From: Aplysia californica
Taxonomy: Eukaryota
Direction of reading: 5' to 3'
Assembly (NCBI RefSeq): GCF_000002075.1
Contig: NW_004797492.1
Coordinates: 43,821 to 107,820 of the forward strand
DNA: 64,000 nt
Numbering within the stretch: the first letter of the stretch is position 1; the number at the start of each line of letters is the position of its first letter. The position numbers and the translations under genes were made by a program. Shown piece by piece: positions 60,201 to 64,000 of the stretch. The notes below the pieces were generated by a model. It had not been told where the DNA came from, ran no database searches, and saw only the letters and a program-made list of their open reading frames with translations.

Positions 60201-63132
60201 GGAGTTGCCTTCTGTGAAACGAGAGGTAGTAAAGACAAGTTCACGAGGTGCACCAACGCAGCAGAGTCGTGTTGTGAAAAGTGAGGAAGATTCTAATACA
60301 CTCACCAAAAGTACGAGACATTTCAACAATCCTCCGTTAACGGCAAAGCAGGAATCTCCAGACAAAGATGAAAAAACTCAAGAGCCAAAGCAGTTGTCAG
60401 TCATTCCAGCATTGGCAGACAGACCGAAGCGCAAACGCAAGGTGCCCAGTAAGAATCGGGATGCGGAGGAAATGCTGTCCAAAATTCACAATACTCAAAG
60501 AGGACGGAAAAACATGGCTGATGAATTTTCTCCAAGTTCAGGTCCAAGTGCAAAACGCATAAAGTTAGAAAAAGCTGTTGGGAAAAGCTGTTCAGGGGAG
60601 AAAGTGAAATCAGAGATTGTTGGGGATACCAGCAAGACAATGGATGTGAGTGATGAAGAAAGCGTGACCAAAGGTGAGAGCGTGAGTGGCTCACCAAACT
60701 CACGAGAGAAAAAGCTCAAACGTTACAGCGACACACGAGTGAACAAGCTGGTGGACGAAGCCAATCTGACGTGTTTGGATTGTGGGGAAGTTTTCTCCCA
60801 GATTTTCAGCTTGCGGAGGCATATCATAGGACACCACCTGAAGTCGAAGGAAGTGAACGACGAAGGATGTACGGCCAGAGATGAGTCTGTGGAAGACAGC
60901 GCCGAAGAAGAGGAGGACGTGGATGTTGGGAAAGGCAAGGGGAGAAATATTTCCAACCGCATCTACGTTGTCGGTAAGTCAAACTCGCGAGGTAAAACAC
61001 TGAAATGCTACGATCACGTGCAAGTGAACAAACTGGTGGACGAAGATAACATGCGTTGTCTAGCTTGTGGGGAGGCTTGCTCTCAGAGGTTCAACCTGCG
61101 GAGACACATCATCCGCCGTCACCTCAAGTGGTGCCGCTATAAGTGCAAGTTTTGCCCGTTTAAATGCTTCGACAGGTCCGAGTGTACCACTCACATCGTG
61201 CGTTGTCACAGAAGCATCTCCAGGGGCAAGGAGACCAAGGCCCTCACTCGCTTCATCATCGACCTGGCCAAACAGGGCTCGGAGGTACGCAGTCTCAAGA
61301 AAAACCAAACGTTGCAGCGCAAGCAAAAAGCACAGAGCTCTGCTGAGAATATTTATGCTCGTCCAAACGTCCGGAAGGTGCCGCGACTGTCTCAGAGAGC
61401 CGTTGTAAAAGATGCAAATGTCCCTGAGTGCTCAAGGAGGAATCAGGACGATGATGATTCTTCTGCATCTCCTTCTCTCTCTCCAGAGGCAGCACCGACT
61501 GGGAAGTCTTCGATCTCTCAGGGAACAGACAGCAGGAATCGTGTTGTTCAGTCAGACGTTGTTTCGAGGAATTCTCCCGCTGTGAGGGCAGCAGTGGTGG
61601 GGGAGAAAGGGCCGGCAGTCAGTGCAAGTAAATCTCCACTCTCCTCCAACAGACAGATGAAAGAAAGCAAAGCAGAAGTAAAGGCAGTGACGGAATGGGA
61701 ACAAAGGAAACCAGAGGTGAAGGCCACGGGTACTGCGGTGAGAGAAAGCAGACTGAAGGGGGGTGGTGGTGGTGCCTCAAAACCTACGTCTGCCTCTGGG
61801 GATTCTTCACAGTCCCCGTCAAAGGAGAGCACCACGTCCATCCCAACCAAGGACTTATCTGGCAAGCCTGTAAGGAAAAACCTGCCTTTCAACATCTCCA
61901 CTAGAAACTCGCCGCGAATGTTTGACACACGCCCTTACATCGACACAGTGGACAATGATGATGACCTTATTTCTGGCTCACAGACAGAGGTGGGTGAGGT
62001 AAGCTTATCATCCACTCACAGGCAGCCCAAAGACGCGTGCGGAAAGGAGGAAGAGGAGGACTCTGACATGTCTTCTCATTTGTCGGAAGAGGAATCTGTT
62101 CCTCTCGCTGATACACCCTCTTCCACTGAGGATGCTGTTGAGAGGAATATTTTTGATACGATGAGAGAGGAGGTGTCAAAGGTCGACGGTAAGGATGCAC
62201 AAACTAGACAGTCGACTCGAACGGTTGAGAAAAATCAAAATTGTTTTGAGATGGATGTTGAGAGTGTCGGTGTGCCAGAGTGTGAGGTGGCAGCGGTGGG
62301 TGTGGACGGAGGGTACACGGTGCAGGTACAGGCCCCACAGGAAGAGCCCTCGTGCGTTCTCGCGCTGTCGCAATCCAAAAAGGAACCGGTTCAGTTTGTG
62401 GCGTCGGTTGTGAAGGTCAACAAATTTGCAGATCAGGCTGGTTCAGTGGGCAGCACGGGCAACATTTGTGAGGTATTGTCTGTGATCAAACCCCCGACTT
62501 TTCTGAATTCCTCTACTGTTACCTCCACCGCTGCGATTGGCTCGTCAAAAGCTACAGTGTCTACGACAGGTGCGCAGACCGGCGGTGCTGCACAGGGTGG
62601 AAGTAGCAGTTCTCCCAAAGTGGTGTCTCCAACGCTCTCCGTAAAGCCGGCAGCGATAATAGTGCCGCAGAAACCAGCCACTGTACTAGCTGGGAAAACA
62701 GGGTCGTCGCACATTCCTCCTCCCTCCGCCAGTACTCAAATCTCTGCGGCAGAGGAAGAAAAGACGTCGTCACGTGTGAGCAACGTCGCCCCTGGCAGTT
62801 CTCTCCGCCTCCCAGGCACCACCACCACAACAATGACGACGACCAAAGGCAGCAAAGTGGTCGTGTTCTCTCGCTCGGCGGAGGCCGTGGAGCCGATGGT
62901 GACCACGCGAACGTCCAGCAAGTCTCTGGCCATGTTGTCGTCATCCTCCGGAGCCTCGGTTCTCAAAGTGACGCCCAGCGAGGGCGGGGTGTCTGTGACC
63001 CTGGCCAGCTCAGAGCCGCCCGCGGGAGCCCCTCCCTCCAACTCTAAGTCAGCAGTAGCGCTCGCTACGGCAACCTCAGGGGAAGGAACGGCAACCCCCA
63101 AAACCTTCGTCATTCAGCAGCACTATATCTGA
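57208..63132 (+). CDS. ZNF800: ZNF800-like C2H2 zinc-finger protein (about 1,974 aa) in one large coding exon, acceptor at 57191/57192
   Basis: N-terminal QPIQISGKPVEQVLNSVHYGSPELRCLLMDECDLIFECKVCRALFRDLPNFISHKRSYC matches the ZNF800 signature. Several dispersed C2H2 fingers, including HLKWCRYKCKFCPFKCFDRSEC. Confidence 0.8.
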   Translation: MSSKRQNSSPQEDLSQVRQPIQISGKPVEQVLNSVHYGSPELRCLLMDECDLIFECKVCRALFRDLPNFISHKRSYCTESCLESMHMAICRLPEEKVVVVQPQAPEETEAQEGDASLRDAGLVRRTRPSRPSLEETVQRIQSGELGRSEAYRVYTEAAEKLQRQKESMKVATVRTTAIPTNKNAVFIDVNVTPVNIHERQNKASASGKGEGDSKTASGQKVATRKAGERASNSKPHSSQATRKSIREQKHSSELQKLLMQQLKDIQKEKSKTSMNADSSQHRGKEKLTTEAQGKLKEKTLTTQNKVKEKVKSESQEKVKERVSCEAPRKVKERVSCEAPRKVKERVSCEAPRKVKEKDVSEGEQKLKEKVTPGSSIRKSVNSEGGHLKVAGQSPGSALPQTTQRSKGSRGTRARADLKTVSSRRSNTPSLTVAQKRNAVFTTKAISIAKSRTRNANKKSLICSKCNSAFSSRKSLSFHMKVNHSDKKTFYPCPYCPSVFYYFFGVTRHLFRNHSKSTAEIDRMREKLRAKAYSKTVPPVPQIQKSLMQESKGVRKSSRGVALVHTIKPARTTANSDALSFKGDKQLPSLSRKSDRQEGKMSPKPATSSGKSEVKSGAVKPSLDSSSQKQETASESRAERLKSRTVKKVEESEPKTCPLEVSVEPGTGGTSTPVPSPTPSASANDDHQEGPSRTCPNCERSFGRKISYENHVKACKGKDSAVPHLAGAVQAKDDQSSVGKERERDVSLSRGQRQAGGQSASSSPSVETRTRKVEQISPGRSKTLESKLIANGSRATPSRGRPSSTDRWRHRRPDGSPASFLRRAQSNSADRSRNVRRRGLSGREKRDSSVESTQSNVEGRARRDRQSVLSRFASSADKNRTTSSVLVRGNRRSGGQPSDGISPRPVRDGRKLTSRGLAALAKNDEPSKHPTLLVNETSCKQEGEQHFSKAEESRSGVAARAGGVPSTSELSSLSQNPPGESCGKSHEQTASPNKQNSHVELPSVKREVVKTSSRGAPTQQSRVVKSEEDSNTLTKSTRHFNNPPLTAKQESPDKDEKTQEPKQLSVIPALADRPKRKRKVPSKNRDAEEMLSKIHNTQRGRKNMADEFSPSSGPSAKRIKLEKAVGKSCSGEKVKSEIVGDTSKTMDVSDEESVTKGESVSGSPNSREKKLKRYSDTRVNKLVDEANLTCLDCGEVFSQIFSLRRHIIGHHLKSKEVNDEGCTARDESVEDSAEEEEDVDVGKGKGRNISNRIYVVGKSNSRGKTLKCYDHVQVNKLVDEDNMRCLACGEACSQRFNLRRHIIRRHLKWCRYKCKFCPFKCFDRSECTTHIVRCHRSISRGKETKALTRFIIDLAKQGSEVRSLKKNQTLQRKQKAQSSAENIYARPNVRKVPRLSQRAVVKDANVPECSRRNQDDDDSSASPSLSPEAAPTGKSSISQGTDSRNRVVQSDVVSRNSPAVRAAVVGEKGPAVSASKSPLSSNRQMKESKAEVKAVTEWEQRKPEVKATGTAVRESRLKGGGGGASKPTSASGDSSQSPSKESTTSIPTKDLSGKPVRKNLPFNISTRNSPRMFDTRPYIDTVDNDDDLISGSQTEVGEVSLSSTHRQPKDACGKEEEEDSDMSSHLSEEESVPLADTPSSTEDAVERNIFDTMREEVSKVDGKDAQTRQSTRTVEKNQNCFEMDVESVGVPECEVAAVGVDGGYTVQVQAPQEEPSCVLALSQSKKEPVQFVASVVKVNKFADQAGSVGSTGNICEVLSVIKPPTFLNSSTVTSTAAIGSSKATVSTTGAQTGGAAQGGSSSSPKVVSPTLSVKPAAIIVPQKPATVLAGKTGSSHIPPPSASTQISAAEEEKTSSRVSNVAPGSSLRLPGTTTTTMTTTKGSKVVVFSRSAEAVEPMVTTRTSSKSLAMLSSSSGASVLKVTPSEGGVSVTLASSEPPAGAPPSNSKSAVALATATSGEGTATPKTFVIQQHYI
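58156..58275 (+). repeat. Coding 36-nt repeat (KVKERVSCEAPR x3)
   Basis: Visible in DNA and protein. Confidence 0.95.
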
Positions 63133-63713
63133 TGTGTGCAATGTTGTAGAATGGTGCAAACTTGGTACTGTAGTGTGTATATATTGTAAAAATGAGAGGA
63201 TGTGAGGCTTTGATGTGATGAACGAAAATTTTAACTTTGACAAGACAAGCCGCCTGCACATGCATTCAGGTGTTAATATTAATATTGTATGTGTGGGGGG
63301 GGGAATGTTGTGGTGTCGAAAAAGAACAGCAATCTCTGCCCGTCTTCTAGACTTCTCTCCAGTGGCTCCCCGTAAGACGTAAGAGGAAGAAGAGAATAAA
63401 TCAGAGTGTGTGAAGGTTACAATCTATGACTTATGTTTGCTTACTCTGGTTTGCTTTTGTGGTTCCTCGTTGGTCGACTCACTGTAGAGAAGTTGAGAAG
63501 ATGAGCAGAGATTGCTGTTTGTTTTTGACAAATTTGTTCCCCAGCACCATCGTTAAGGGAATAAGCTGGCCTTGGCAGTGAGTGTGTGGTGTCGGCAGTC
63601 AGTAATTACGTACGTTATTTCATCGAGCAGCGTGAGGTGGAAGAGGCGCGGACAGTAACAGTAGTGTCGGCTGGTGTCACGACGTCGTTATTGACGTCAT
63701 ATGTGTGAGACAG

Positions 63714-64000
63714 CCTGGTGAAATCAGGCGCTCGTCAAAATAATGACATTTTAAGAAAAGGGTTTTTATTTTTGCAGGTTACGGAATTTTGGTCAAATTT
63801 TTGTTGGTTTTTTTGCTCATCACCTTTTTTGTCCATTTAAAAAAATTTCAGTGCGGATTTTACTGAAAATCATTGATTGAAAGCACAAACCATGTTAATT
63901 AACAGTTTCCACTGACTTTCAAACTATGGAAGTCACCAAGCTTTGGCCGCCATTTTCTCCCTAATTTTACTTCTGAAACCAGGTGATCCCATCACCATCA
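63714..64000. mobile_element. MITE copy (same family as 41338), running off the window end
   Basis: cctggtgaaatcaggcgctcgtcaaaataatga left end. Confidence 0.65.

Overview
Eukaryotic (metazoan) genomic window with spliceosomal introns and four N gaps. A lophotrochozoan/gastropod origin is my inference only. Four protein genes can be assembled by hand: (1) a very large USPL1-like SUMO isopeptidase gene on + (about 710-31526, about 3,670 aa, with an N-terminal Zn-finger and a C98 catalytic domain); (2) adenylate kinase 2 on - (47258-43520); (3) KLHDC9-like on - (53082-50892); (4) a ZNF800-like C2H2 protein on + (57208-63132). The most striking unexplained signal is a family of at least 10 copies of a 137-143 nt box H/ACA RNA in three consecutive USPL1 introns, eight of them tandemly amplified in one intron. 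The first hairpin carries a conserved element antisense to 18S rRNA. The same host gene also shows several unusual splice signals: a candidate 17-nt poison micro-exon, a TAG-CAAG-GTAAGC switch, and donor sites duplicated in tandem. The rest of the window holds piggyBac, Tigger/pogo, LINE and SINE relics, MITEs and minisatellites. All family assignments come from reading motifs by eye, with no database search.
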